Below are positions 7,641 to 17,667 of a stretch of DNA of 64,000 nt, one piece after another. Positions within the stretch are counted from its first letter, which is position 1. Each line of letters starts with the position of its first letter. The DNA comes from an uncultured Planctomycetia bacterium. GTDB taxonomy: Bacteria; Omnitrophota; Gorgyraeia; 2-01-FULL-45-10; JAHFGN01. The notes below the pieces were generated by a model. That model saw only the letters and a list, made by a program, of their open reading frames with translations, did not search any database and was not told the DNA's origin. The stretch is taken from assembly GCA_964354545.1 (NCBI GenBank), contig CAYHAE010000006.1, forward strand, positions 10,975-74,974. The letters run 5' to 3'. A program made the translations under genes and the position numbers.

Positions 7641-9472
7641 AGCTTTGCCCTCTCGAAGTATGCGATGATCTCCTGGAGGGTCTCCATTGAGGAGCGCATC
7701 CTCTCTTGGCTCATGCCGGAGGGGGCATACCGCGCAAGGTCACAGTCCTCGAAGAGACCCTTGAGCTTCTTCAGCATCTCCTCATCGTAACCCCTGGGGA
7801 CGAGGACCTCGTCGATGATCTGGACCGTGATTCCTCCCGTCGGAAGCTGAAACCGGTCCCCAAGATAACTACGAAGCGTTGAGTAGACCTCGTCGTAAAA
7901 TTCTCCTACCTTTTCCGCGCGCACGCAGCGCCGTGCCCTGGCGAGGCCCTGCCTCGCGGTCTTCGGCGCCTTCACGAGACGCGCATACTTCACATCCTTC
8001 TTCAGCCTCTCCGCCCTTGAGTGGACAATGATGACGGCGAGAAGTAAGAGGAGGGGGAGAAGCTGCAGCGCGAGGAATACCCTGTTCTTGTAGAGGGCCT
8101 CCCCCCTTCTTCTCGCCCTGCCGAAAGAATCCTTAATGTAGATGATGTCTCTGCCCAGGACCTCCCGCGTCGGCGACCGTCCGGTCCCGAGCGCGACGGC
8201 GGACTCGACGATCTTCGGCCTCGCCGCTTCGGGGAGCTTCTCAACGGTAATCGGGGTCGGGCCGTGGGTAATGGTCTTGTACTCGCCGAGCGTCGGGTTG
8301 AAGTAGCTGAAGCTCACTTTCGGGATCGCCTTCACGTCTTCGCTCTCGGGGATAATGGCCTGCTCGAATACCCTGTGTTTCTCCTCCATCCTTGACTGGG
8401 GTTCGTAGACCTTGAATCCCGCTGTATCCTCGAGCTTTGGAGGGCTCACCGTGTTGAAGTTCCCGCTCCCGTATATCGACATCTCAAGCGTGATGGGGTC
8501 CCCGGCCTTCACCTGCCGCGGGCGCGCGTCGAAGACGAACTGGAAATCTCCGACGGTCCCGCCGAAATCCTTCGGCACACCTTCGCTCGGGAGCGGCGTG
8601 ATCGTGATGCCGAGGTCCTTCGATTTGACCGACGTGGGATAGACCTCGTGCTGGCTGAAGAATTCGTCGAAGAACGGGTCGTTGAACCCGGAATAGTCGT
8701 CTTCGAAGGGCGACCGCTGCCTCGCCTGGGGGCGGCGCACCTCCAGCGTACAGTTCGCCTCGGCGGGCCCGATCTTGAATTCGCCCGTCTTTGTGCCGAA
8801 GATCTGGGTAGCGAATTCCACGACATCGTATGTAACTCCTCTCAGGACTTCCCTGTACTGCTTCGGTTCTCCGAACTCGGCCTTGGAGAACCCTTCTTGC
8901 GCGAAGGTCGGGTACTGGATATTCCGCACGGGAAGCCTGTTGATGTACAGTTTTATCGAAACGGGGATAAGTTCGTTCAAATATGCGGTCGTCTTGCCGA
9001 CCGAAAGGACGAGGAAGAGACGGTCGCTTAAGTCGGGCGCCTGCGCTCCGCGCGCTCCGCCGCCGGGACCTCCCCCCTGGGCCTGCGACTCCTCGATGAC
9101 CTTGATAGGGACCTTGTTTGAAATGTACCGGTCTCCTCTATAGTCAAACGTGAACGGTCCCAGGTCAAAATTCCCGACCTTGAGAGGCAAGAGCATGTAG
9201 TTGTGCGTGACGGAACTCGTGACCCTGCCGTTCGTTATCGACATGATCTTCGATGGACCTATGTAGCGGACCTGGAATCCGCCCAGACTCGTGATCTCAG
9301 GGGCAGGGACATCCTGCGTCCCGTAGAACGTGAGCCCCATCCGCACGCTCTCGCCTATCGAGACGAAATTCCTGTCTACGGCCGCCTCGAAATTCACGTC
9401 TTTCGCACCGCTGGGCGTGCACATCGCTGCCGTACCCGCTATGACCATACACACGAGGAGCGCTCTTTTCAT
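7637..9472 (-). CDS. batD: BatD family protein
   Basis: Signal peptide, AAVDRNFVSIGE, FGGTVGDF, VSFSYFNP..GEY, C-terminal TM; operon position. Confidence 0.9.
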   Translation of the reverse strand: MKRALLVCMVIAGTAAMCTPSGAKDVNFEAAVDRNFVSIGESVRMGLTFYGTQDVPAPEITSLGGFQVRYIGPSKIMSITNGRVTSSVTHNYMLLPLKVGNFDLGPFTFDYRGDRYISNKVPIKVIEESQAQGGGPGGGARGAQAPDLSDRLFLVLSVGKTTAYLNELIPVSIKLYINRLPVRNIQYPTFAQEGFSKAEFGEPKQYREVLRGVTYDVVEFATQIFGTKTGEFKIGPAEANCTLEVRRPQARQRSPFEDDYSGFNDPFFDEFFSQHEVYPTSVKSKDLGITITPLPSEGVPKDFGGTVGDFQFVFDARPRQVKAGDPITLEMSIYGSGNFNTVSPPKLEDTAGFKVYEPQSRMEEKHRVFEQAIIPESEDVKAIPKVSFSYFNPTLGEYKTITHGPTPITVEKLPEAARPKIVESAVALGTGRSPTREVLGRDIIYIKDSFGRARRRGEALYKNRVFLALQLLPLLLLLAVIIVHSRAERLKKDVKYARLVKAPKTARQGLARARRCVRAEKVGEFYDEVYSTLRSYLGDRFQLPTGGITVQIIDEVLVPRGYDEEMLKKLKGLFEDCDLARYAPSGMSQERMRSSMETLQEIIAYFERAKL

Positions 9473-9474
9473 AT

Positions 9475-10536
9475 CTACCAATCCTTGTCGGGTTCCGGCG
9501 TGTTTGCCGCCTCTCTTCTCATTCGAATCCCCTTCCGTCCCTTTTCCTCTCCGTAGCTGTCCACCAGCATCTTGGCCTCCTGAGGACTCATCTCTCTCGG
9601 CTCCTGGCCCTGGTAAAACTGGAGTCCCTCCCCTTCGCCCGGCTCCTTCTTCTCTTCCCCGGCCTCGCCTTCCTGACCCTCTTCCTTCTTCTCCTGCCCT
9701 TCGCCTTCTCCCTTCCCTTCTTCTTCTTTCTTCTCTTCCTTCGACCCTTCCTTGGCCTGTGCTCCTTGAGACTGTGTCTCGCCTTGCGACTTTTGCTCCT
9801 CTCCCTTAGCACCCTGGGCCTGTTCCTCCTTCTTCTCTTTCTCGCCCTTTCTTTGAGATTTCTGCTGCTCGGCCTGCCCTCCGCCCGATCTCTCTTTTTC
9901 TTCTTTACTCTGACCCCCGCCCTGCCCGCCTTGCTGTTTCTGCTCTTGCCCCTCGCCTCCGCCTTGCTGTTTCTGCTCTTGCCCCTCGCCTCCGCCTTCG
10001 CCGCTTTGCTGTTGCTGCTTTTTTTGCTCCTGCGTCTGTCTTTGCTGCTGCATCTGCTGTGAGAGCATCGAGATCTGCTTCGCAACGAATTCATAATTGA
10101 ATTTCGCGTCCATGTCCCGGGGGTCCGCATCCATCCCCCGTGCGTAGAACTCAAGAGCCTCCTGGTACTTTTTCACCGCGGACGCGGGGTCTCCTCCCTC
10201 CTTCGGCTTCCCGAGCCGATAGGAGCTATTCCCCAGGTTATAGTCGCCCTTTGCGGCGAGCGCCTCTTCCTTCACAAGGGCCTTCTGGTACGATTCGAGG
10301 GACTGCGCAAAATTTCCTTTTCTGTACTGCGCGTTTCCCAGGTTGAAGTTCGCGATGGCGTCATCGGACGATTTCTTGAGCGCCTCCTGATAGCTCGTGA
10401 TCGCCTCGTCGTATTTTTTATTATTATACAGCATATTGCCCTTGAGTATAGCATTTTTAGGTGACGCGGCCGTCGCGGGGACCGCGATGGATACAACGAT
10501 CGCCATCAGCACAAGCTCTCGCGTCCTCATCTCCAT
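9475..10536 (-). CDS. batC: BatC-like TPR protein with a Q/E/K/G-rich linker
   Basis: TPRs (NFNLGNAQY, YNLGNSSY), low-complexity linker, C-terminal MSPQEAKMLVD...KDW. Confidence 0.85.
   Translation of the reverse strand: MEMRTRELVLMAIVVSIAVPATAASPKNAILKGNMLYNNKKYDEAITSYQEALKKSSDDAIANFNLGNAQYRKGNFAQSLESYQKALVKEEALAAKGDYNLGNSSYRLGKPKEGGDPASAVKKYQEALEFYARGMDADPRDMDAKFNYEFVAKQISMLSQQMQQQRQTQEQKKQQQQSGEGGGEGQEQKQQGGGEGQEQKQQGGQGGGQSKEEKERSGGGQAEQQKSQRKGEKEKKEEQAQGAKGEEQKSQGETQSQGAQAKEGSKEEKKEEEGKGEGEGQEKKEEGQEGEAGEEKKEPGEGEGLQFYQGQEPREMSPQEAKMLVDSYGEEKGRKGIRMRREAANTPEPDKDW
9928..9993. repeat. Intragenic 33-bp exact tandem duplication (GGEGQEQKQQG x2)
   Basis: GCCTTGCTGTTTCTGCTCTTGCCCCTCGCCTCC at 9928 and 9961. 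Confidence 0.9.
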
Positions 10537-11537
10537 CCCTCCCGCCTCCTCTCTCCGATAAGCGGCTCGAGGAAAAGGATGATCGCAGCGATCATAAGAA
10601 ATATCTGGAATCTTTCCGTATATGCCTTGCGCATCTGGCTTTCGAGTTCGCGCTTCTCAAGCTTCGATATCTTCCGGTCATAGAGTACGTCGAGCCCGAA
10701 TTCCGCGCCGGTCGCGTGGATATAGGCGCCCCCGGTCTCAAGCGCGATCTTCTGAAGGGCATCTTCGTTGAGCCGCGTCTTCACTACGGCCCCTTCCCTG
10801 TCTTTCAGGAAACCGCGCCTTCCCGTGTCGCCGAGCTCGGGGATAAGATCGCCCTCCTTCGTTCCCACGCCCACGCAATATATCCTGATACCCTCTTTTT
10901 TGGCTTCAGCCGCGGCCTTCACGGGATCGCCTTCATGGTCTTCTCCGTCAGTGATCACCATGAGCACTTTGAAATCCTTGTCCGCGTCTTTAAAAACTTT
11001 TATCGCCTCTCGTATGGCGGTCGAGATCGCCGTCCCGGGGCGCGGGATAGTCTCGGCAGTGAGATCGTCGAGCGCGAGCAAAAAACCGCCGTAGTCGAGC
11101 GTGAGGGGGGCCTGGAGGAAAGCGCTGCCCGCAAAAGCGATGAGCCCGACCCTGTCCCCTCGTAATTTCCCCACCATGCCTTTGATGGCGAGCTTTGACC
11201 GTTCGAGCCTGTTCGGTTTGACATCCTGCGCGAGCATGCTTTTGGACACGTCCATCGCGATAAGTATGTCGAGGCCTTTCCTCGTGACCTCCTGCCACGC
11301 AAATCCCCACTGCGGCCTCATGAGCGCGAACAGGGAAAGCATTACCGCGAACACGGCAAGGAAGGTCCTGAGGGTCCTCTTCGTCATGCTCACAGAGGAG
11401 GTCATGTTCGCAAGAAGGGCCTTGTCGACAAACTTCTTCGCGAAGTGCCTCCTTCTCCTGAAACTCCATGCGTAGAAGAGGACGAGCGCCAGCAATGAAA
11501 CAGCGAGCATGCTAAAATGGGGGTGTTCGAACCTCAT
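10527..11537 (-). CDS. batB: BatB VWA-domain protein
   Basis: MIDAS motif DVSKSMLAQD.KPNRL, ITDGEDHEG. Confidence 0.9.
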   Translation of the reverse strand: MRFEHPHFSMLAVSLLALVLFYAWSFRRRRHFAKKFVDKALLANMTSSVSMTKRTLRTFLAVFAVMLSLFALMRPQWGFAWQEVTRKGLDILIAMDVSKSMLAQDVKPNRLERSKLAIKGMVGKLRGDRVGLIAFAGSAFLQAPLTLDYGGFLLALDDLTAETIPRPGTAISTAIREAIKVFKDADKDFKVLMVITDGEDHEGDPVKAAAEAKKEGIRIYCVGVGTKEGDLIPELGDTGRRGFLKDREGAVVKTRLNEDALQKIALETGGAYIHATGAEFGLDVLYDRKISKLEKRELESQMRKAYTERFQIFLMIAAIILFLEPLIGERRREGWR

Positions 11538-12529
11538 GGTATCTTCACGAGTAAAGTCTGCGACAGAAATATCTCTACGAGGAGTACCGCGAGCGCGGGG
11601 ATAAGGAAGTCCTCGAAGAGTTCCTTCTGTTCCTTGTATCCTGAATGTTCTATCTTCGTTCTCTCAAGCTTGTTTATATCGCCGTAGATCTTCCCAAGCA
11701 TCTCGCTGTCCGTCGCGGCGTAGTACCTGCCGCCGGTGAGAGAGGCGATCTTCTCAAGCGTATCCTCATCTATGTCTATCCGGATCTTCTGGTAGACCGT
11801 GTTCCCGAAGTAGTCCTTCGTCGGATAGGGGACGAGGCCTTTCGTGCCGACTCCGATAGTGTAGACCTTGACCTTCAGCGCCTTGGCGGCCTCCGCCGCG
11901 CTTAAGGGCATTATCTTTCCGGCATTATTGATCCCGTCGGTGAGCAGGATCACTATCTTGCTCTTCGCCTTGCTGTTCTTGATCCTGCTCAATGCGGTGA
12001 CGAGCGCGTCGCCGACGGCGGTCGCGTCCTCGACCATCCCCACCTTGACCCTGTCGAGGTTCTCCTCGAGCCACTTGTGGTCCAGAGTGAGGGGCGAGAC
12101 GGTATAGGGCCTCGCCGCGAATGCAACGAGGCCGAGCCTGTCATTCTTCCTCTGGTCGATGAAGTCCTTCACCGCGTCGCGCACAAGGTCGAACCTGTTC
12201 ACGCGCCGTCCCCCTACCCTGAAATCCTCCCCGAGCATGCTCGTTGAGGTGTCGAGGACGAGGACCATATCGATGCCCTCCGTCGTAGTCTTCGATTCCT
12301 CGATGACAATCTGCGGCCTCGCGATGGCAAGGATGAAGAACGCAAGGGCAACGGAGCGAAGCCATATGAGGCCGTTCGCGAGCCGAATTTTGAGGGTCGG
12401 CTTCACGTCTTCCACGAGTTCCCTGCTCGGGAAGCGGAAGTAGGGACCCCCCGTACGCAGGCGCGAGAAAATGACCACGAGCGGGACGAGCGGGAGCGCG
12501 ACGAGGACCCACGGGTCATGGAAGATCAT
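11534..12529 (-). CDS. batA: BatA VWA-domain protein
   Basis: ARPQ, MIDAS DTSTSMLGEDF, ILLTDGINNAG, KVYTIGVG. Confidence 0.92.
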   Translation of the reverse strand: MIFHDPWVLVALPLVPLVVIFSRLRTGGPYFRFPSRELVEDVKPTLKIRLANGLIWLRSVALAFFILAIARPQIVIEESKTTTEGIDMVLVLDTSTSMLGEDFRVGGRRVNRFDLVRDAVKDFIDQRKNDRLGLVAFAARPYTVSPLTLDHKWLEENLDRVKVGMVEDATAVGDALVTALSRIKNSKAKSKIVILLTDGINNAGKIMPLSAAEAAKALKVKVYTIGVGTKGLVPYPTKDYFGNTVYQKIRIDIDEDTLEKIASLTGGRYYAATDSEMLGKIYGDINKLERTKIEHSGYKEQKELFEDFLIPALAVLLVEIFLSQTLLVKIP

Positions 12530-13482
12530 CGTGCCTCTACCTCCTTTGTCTCATCGATGAACCGCTTCGCCGATTCAAAACTCGCGTCAATCTCTTCGCG
12601 GGTCGGCCCATATTTTGCGAACTTCACCATGTCTGCACTCGAGAGGAAGGCCTTGAGCGATGCCTTCTGTGCGTCCGCGAGCTTCCCGGAGTCCCTCGCC
12701 GCGATGAGGAACTCCTCCGTAGTCATCTCCGGCGCCCTGAATAGAAAGCGGTTCTCGAGGTAGTGCCGTATGCAGCGCGACAGCCTGAAGTAGTACTCCT
12801 TCACTTTACCGTCGGCGATGAGCCCGCTCATCTTGATGCGCTCAAGCTCCTCATAGGCGATCACATGCGCCGGTTTCGGCGGAAGGGTCTTTTCTCTCAA
12901 GAAAAATATCTTCCAAAGCCAGAGGGATACCGCCGACGCAAGCCCGAGCGCGGCGATCCAGACCGCGATCCAGAGGAAGGGATTCCGCGGAAGCGCGAGG
13001 ATGCCCTTTATGTCCCTGATATCCTTTGCCGTCGGGTCTTCTGCGAGGAGGCTCTTCACCTGCAGGGGAACGGCGTTCGTTGAAAGGCGGGCCCATTCTG
13101 CGCCGTGCGTGCGATACCTCACCTCCTGGCCCGGGATGGAGCATGGGCCCGTGGTGTAGATGGTGAGCGTATACGATTGTGCGTATTCGGTCCCCGTGGA
13201 TCTCGCAACGGGCCCTGATGCTTCGCTCCCTTTCACCACGAATGGGCCAAGGGCTCCCCGGATCTTCGGAAACTCTATTTCGACTCCGGGTTTCGCGGAT
13301 ACCTTCACCACATACTTTATCCTGTCTCCTATGTACGCCTCGCTTTTATCCGCGGACGCGCGCGCTGTCACGCCGGCGTCCTCCGCGCGGCCAGGAATAG
13401 AATCTGCGGGGGGCGCAGCGTGCGATATCGCGGCAAGCAGCCCGCAGCTCAAGACGAGAGAAACGAGGAGCCTTGCCTTCAC
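12526..13482 (-). CDS. Bat-operon membrane protein (exported Ig-like domain + TM + helical tail)
   Basis: Signal peptide, IRDIKG before the TM, LRHYLE..F.A.EMTTEE-like motif, ADMVKFAK. Confidence 0.75.
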   Translation of the reverse strand: MKARLLVSLVLSCGLLAAISHAAPPADSIPGRAEDAGVTARASADKSEAYIGDRIKYVVKVSAKPGVEIEFPKIRGALGPFVVKGSEASGPVARSTGTEYAQSYTLTIYTTGPCSIPGQEVRYRTHGAEWARLSTNAVPLQVKSLLAEDPTAKDIRDIKGILALPRNPFLWIAVWIAALGLASAVSLWLWKIFFLREKTLPPKPAHVIAYEELERIKMSGLIADGKVKEYYFRLSRCIRHYLENRFLFRAPEMTTEEFLIAARDSGKLADAQKASLKAFLSSADMVKFAKYGPTREEIDASFESAKRFIDETKEVEAR

Positions 13483-14360
13483 ATCCGCCTCCTCCTCTCC
13501 CTCATCCTGAAGAACTGTACGATGGCATCGAAATACGGCGTTTCGGTCGAGATGTCGATGTGGTCGACGGCGCTCGAACGAAAGGCCTGGACGCGCTCGG
13601 CCAGCACCTTGCGCGAGCGTTCGGCATATGCCTCCCGGACCTTGGGGTGTGACGTGTCTACCATGAATATCTCTCCCGTCTCCGCGTCCGCAACTTCTAC
13701 GATCCCGATGTTTGGGATATCGCGTTCGCGCGGGTCCGTGATGGTGAGGGCCACCACATCGTGCCTCTTGTTCGCGATCGAGAGGGCCTTCTGATAGTCC
13801 GCGGAGTAGAAGTCGGACAGGATGAATGCAACGACCCTCCGCGTCGTGACCTTGCTGAGGTATTCGAGGACGCCGCTTAAATCCGTCCCTCTCCCTTTCG
13901 GCTTGAAATAGAGCGCTTCCCTGATGACCCGCAGCACGTGGGTCGTCCCCTTCCGAGGCGGTATGAACTTCTCGATCCTGTCAGTGAATATGATGAGTCC
14001 CACCCGGTCGTTGCTCCGGATCGCCGCGAAGGCGAGCACCGCGGAGATCTCTGCGGCGAGCTCGCTCTTGAGCCGCGCGCGCGACCCAAAGCCGCACGAT
14101 GCCGAGGCGTCCAGGAGTATCATCACGGTGAGCTGCCTCTCCTCGATGAACTTCTTCACGTAGGGATGTCCCATCCTCGCCGTCACGTTCCAGTCTATCG
14201 AGCGGATCTCGTCGCCGGGCTGGTATTCGCGCACCTCATCGAATTCCATGCCGCGGCCTTTGAAGACGCTCTCGTACTGTCCTGCGAAAACGTCAGTGAC
14301 CATCCGCGACGTGGTGATCTGGATCCGTCTTATCTTGCGTAATATCTCTTGCGGGATCAT
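13479..14360 (-). CDS. DUF58 family protein
   Basis: FKGRGMEFDEVREYQPGDEIRSIDWNVTAR. Confidence 0.95.
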   Translation of the reverse strand: MIPQEILRKIRRIQITTSRMVTDVFAGQYESVFKGRGMEFDEVREYQPGDEIRSIDWNVTARMGHPYVKKFIEERQLTVMILLDASASCGFGSRARLKSELAAEISAVLAFAAIRSNDRVGLIIFTDRIEKFIPPRKGTTHVLRVIREALYFKPKGRGTDLSGVLEYLSKVTTRRVVAFILSDFYSADYQKALSIANKRHDVVALTITDPRERDIPNIGIVEVADAETGEIFMVDTSHPKVREAYAERSRKVLAERVQAFRSSAVDHIDISTETPYFDAIVQFFRMRERRRRM

Positions 14361-14398
14361 GGGCCTCTTGGATAATCGAGTGAGCGTAAAACTCGATC

Positions 14399-14509
14399 TT
14401 TAGCGTTTAGCGTATAGCGGGTAGCGAATAGTAAAAAAACACACAGGGAAATAAAAAAATGGTTCTTCCCGAGAGACTATACGCTATCCGCTAACCTACG
14501 CTATACGCT
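14399..14509. repeat. Heptamer tandem repeats in inverted arrangement (TAGCGTA-type)
   Basis: Left arm TAGCGTT TAGCGTA TAGCGGG TAGCGAA TAG; right arm CTATACG CTATCCG CTAA..CTACG CTATACG CT. Confidence 0.85.
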
Positions 14510-14511
14510 CT

Positions 14512-15504
14512 TTACGGAACTTCCACCTCATCGAATATTCGCTTAACGATATCCTCCGAGGTCTTGTCCTCGGCCTCCGCCTCGTAGCTTGCGATCACGC
14601 GGTGGCGCAGGACATCCATCCCGATGGACTTTACGTCATGCGGCGTCACGTATCCCCGGCCCTGGATGAAGGCGTATGCCTTGGATGCCACGACGAGGTA
14701 TATGCTTGCGCGAGGGGAAGCACCGTACTGAATGAGGCCTGCGAGCTCGTCGAGCTTGTAGGCTTTCGGGTTTCTCGTGGCGAAGACCAGATCCACGATG
14801 TAGCGCTCTATCTTCTCATCTATGTATATCTCATCCACGACCCGCCGCGCACGTATGATATCCTCCGGTTTCACTACGGGTGAGACCTCGATCTTCTTGT
14901 CGGTAAGGGCCATCCTCTTCAGTATCTTATACTCTTCTTCCTTGTTCGGATAGTCGATTGTGAGCTTCAACATGAACCGATCGACCTGGGCCTCAGGCAA
15001 TGGATATGTCCCTTCCTGTTCGATCGGATTCTGAGTGGCGAAGACGAGAAAAGGGTCGTCCAGCTTGAAGGTAGCCTCTCCGATAGTCACCTGGCGCTCC
15101 TGCATCGCCTCCAAGAGCGCGCTCTGTACCTTCGCAGGTGCCCTGTTTATCTCATCTGCCAATATGAGGTTGGCGAATATAGGCCCTTTTTTGGTGAAGA
15201 AGGTCCCATCCTTAGGATTATAGACCAGCGTCCCGATGATGTCTGCGGGAAGCAGGTCCGGCGTGAACTGCAGCCGCTGGAACTTCGTGCTGATCGCCTG
15301 CGCGAGGACCCTCACAGACATGGTCTTCGCGAGCCCGGGAACTCCCTCGATGAGGATATGCCCGTTGGCCAACAATCCGACGAGGAGCCTCTCGATCAGA
15401 TATTTCTGTCCCACGATGACCCTCTCGATCTCAGAGATCAAAAGGTGTACGAATACGCTCTCCCTGCTCACCTTTTCATTGATCGCGGTGATTCCTTCTG
15501 CCAT
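14512..15504 (-). CDS. moxR: MoxR-family AAA+ ATPase
   Basis: EGVPGLAKT, QFTPDLLPAD, ADEINRAPAKVQSALLEAMQE, TQNPIEQEGTYPLPEAQ. Confidence 0.96.
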   Translation of the reverse strand: MAEGITAINEKVSRESVFVHLLISEIERVIVGQKYLIERLLVGLLANGHILIEGVPGLAKTMSVRVLAQAISTKFQRLQFTPDLLPADIIGTLVYNPKDGTFFTKKGPIFANLILADEINRAPAKVQSALLEAMQERQVTIGEATFKLDDPFLVFATQNPIEQEGTYPLPEAQVDRFMLKLTIDYPNKEEEYKILKRMALTDKKIEVSPVVKPEDIIRARRVVDEIYIDEKIERYIVDLVFATRNPKAYKLDELAGLIQYGASPRASIYLVVASKAYAFIQGRGYVTPHDVKSIGMDVLRHRVIASYEAEAEDKTSEDIVKRIFDEVEVP

Positions 15505-15576
15505 ATCTCTTCTCCTTTTTTAAACTGACACTCGTTTCATAGGTCCCTTATCCACGTAAAAGGTCGTGGATGTATT

Positions 15577-15605
15577 ATTTTAAGCAAAATTATGGGGTAT
15601 GTCAA
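15577..15605 (-). promoter_or_regulatory. Sigma70 promoter of the moxR-bat operon
   Basis: TTGACA-N17-TAAAAT. Confidence 0.65.
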
Positions 15606-15786
15606 CTCCCTCTCGACCCGGATGCCGTAATAAACCCTGTTGACATTCTTAAGTTGAGGCTGTTGAAAAAGGCACTTTTGAACGCGTTTGATTTGCGAAT
15701 ATCTGCGTTATAATAGAGATTAAAGTCGGCACAGTTTTTGACGCTATCTCGACGTCGAGCATCCGACCTCCTGAGGCGTGCTCACT

Positions 15787-16599
15787 TTAGTGATGGTGGT
15801 CGTAGTGCCCATGGCGATGGACGTGGACGCCGTCCTCGTGCCTGTGAGCATGGATGTGAATGAGGTTGTGCTCCTCCAGGAATGACGTATCGCTGAATAG
15901 CACGGACGGCGTGGTTTCTCTCACGACGCGCTTGTCTTCGCTCAAGACGATGACCCTCGTGGCGATCTCGTGTACGATGTGGAGGTCGTGGGTTGCGGTA
16001 ATTATCGTCCTCTCTCTGGCGCCATTCCCCACGATGGAGTCGATGAGGTGGCACGTGGTCGCCGGATCAAGCCCCGCAGTAGGCTCATCCAAAAGCAGGA
16101 TCTCAGGTTCCATTGCCAACACTGAGGCGAGGCACACGCGTTTCTTCTCTCCCGCGCTGAGCCATTGGGGATGCCTCGTCATCGCGTGAGCCATCCCCAT
16201 GAGGATGAGGTACTTGTCCACTCTCGCGCGTATCTCCTTTTCGGCGAGGTCCATCTGTACAAGGCCAAAGGCGACTTCGTCTTCCACACTCGAATTGAAG
16301 AGCTGTATATCGGGATTCTGGAAGAGGACCCCCACGCGGCTCCGAAAATACTTCCGGAACTCCTGGTCGCGAAACCTCTCCTCGGTGAGCCTCGAGCCAC
16401 ACGCAAAGACCTCTCCGTCTTTCGGAAAGATGAGGCCCGCGAGGATGTGGAGGAGCGTCGATTTGCCGGAGCCGTTTGCGCCGAGGATGGCGACCTTCTC
16501 CTGGGACGATACACGCACGTTCACGCCTTTAAGGGCCGCAAAGCGATCAAGGTACGCATATGAGACGTCTTTCAATTCAAAAACGGTATCTGCCATCAC
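15787..16599 (-). CDS. cbiO: ECF transporter ATPase (CbiO/NikO) with a His-rich C-terminus
   Basis: GANGSGKST, FQNPD.QLF, LSAGEKKR, LLDEPTAGLD; tail HIHAHRHEDGVHVHRHGHYDHHH. Confidence 0.9.
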   Translation of the reverse strand: MMADTVFELKDVSYAYLDRFAALKGVNVRVSSQEKVAILGANGSGKSTLLHILAGLIFPKDGEVFACGSRLTEERFRDQEFRKYFRSRVGVLFQNPDIQLFNSSVEDEVAFGLVQMDLAEKEIRARVDKYLILMGMAHAMTRHPQWLSAGEKKRVCLASVLAMEPEILLLDEPTAGLDPATTCHLIDSIVGNGARERTIITATHDLHIVHEIATRVIVLSEDKRVVRETTPSVLFSDTSFLEEHNLIHIHAHRHEDGVHVHRHGHYDHHH

Positions 16600-16600
16600 G

Positions 16601-17308
16601 TCACCGCTTCCTCTCTTCGCGGGCTTTGCACTCGCCCGTATAACCCCTCGCCACCATCGCCTGATACACCTGTTCGCTCATCGTGTGGGATTTTATGTAG
16701 AGAGCGGATATCCTCGATGCGATCCATCGCCGTGATTGCCCGTGAGGAAGGGCCCTCGCGAGCCGGCTTGTGAGGGCCATGTGCATCTCCTCGAGGTTCT
16801 TGACCAGCAAAAATAAATATGTATACATCATATCGAGGGTCTGAAGGAATACGCGGGGTACGCCGAGGACCGAAAGAGACCTGATGATACGGGCCTTTTT
16901 CGTCGTGAGCACGAGGAGCGTCGCGAACGATACCGATGCAGCAACCCTCAGCACAAGAATGAGCGCGCTTGCCGGGCCGTACCATACCGCAGCGGGCAGC
17001 GCGATGATGAGCGCGAAGAGGGGGATGAATATCCAGACACGGGCGATGAAATATCCCACCCGGATCCGGGATGCAGCCGCGAGCACGAGCGACGCGGCAT
17101 AGATGAGGGCGAGGGCCCATGCCTCTCGCACAAAACTTATCCACACAAGCATGCAGACGAGACCGAGTATCTTGATCCTCGGCTCAACTGCCTGCAGCAT
17201 ACCCCGCGCGGATGCGATCTCTTCCGAAAACACCGCGACCGTGAAGAATGATATCGCGCCTTCTATGGTGCGCTTCAGGAACCGGTCGGCGAACGCTGTG
17301 AACCCCAT
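16601..17308 (-). CDS. cbiQ: ECF transmembrane T component (CbiQ/NikQ)
   Basis: EPRIK, multiple TMs, AMVARGY; start placed at MGFTAFAD. Confidence 0.88.
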   Translation of the reverse strand: MGFTAFADRFLKRTIEGAISFFTVAVFSEEIASARGMLQAVEPRIKILGLVCMLVWISFVREAWALALIYAASLVLAAASRIRVGYFIARVWIFIPLFALIIALPAAVWYGPASALILVLRVAASVSFATLLVLTTKKARIIRSLSVLGVPRVFLQTLDMMYTYLFLLVKNLEEMHMALTSRLARALPHGQSRRWIASRISALYIKSHTMSEQVYQAMVARGYTGECKAREERKR

Positions 17309-17316
17309 CGTTCTTT

Positions 17317-17655
17317 CTACCCTCTCTTCCTCCTTACAAGAAGCCACCCCGTGATGAGGGTGACGAGAGCAACGACCACGATGCCTCCCAGTGCTGAAGC
17401 CGCATACGCGGCCGCGCGTTCCCCTAATCCTTTTTCCTCCCACCCTTTAAATATATAATCCGGGATTGGCGCCTTCCATAGCCCGTCGAGCTTCGCAAGC
17501 CGCTGGGGGATATAGCCGACGAGTGAGCGTAATTCTTCGATTCCCCACTCACCCCACGCCGCTCCCGCCTTAAGGAGTTCGGGCAGGAGATACCCCAGCG
17601 GGGAAAGGAGCGCAACGATGAATATGCCGATCCATAATTTCCTCGTCAATCTCAT
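17317..17655 (-). CDS. NikN/PDGLE-type accessory membrane component
   Basis: LSPLG..AWGEW, APIPDY, two TMs; lies between the M and Q components. Confidence 0.8.
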   Translation of the reverse strand: MRLTRKLWIGIFIVALLSPLGYLLPELLKAGAAWGEWGIEELRSLVGYIPQRLAKLDGLWKAPIPDYIFKGWEEKGLGERAAAYAASALGGIVVVALVTLITGWLLVRRKRG

Positions 17656-17667
17656 TGGCGAACGCTC

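Noticed and set aside
15548-15556. TTATCCACG as a DnaA box or oriC
   Set aside because: A single imperfect box with no cluster and no replication genes nearby.
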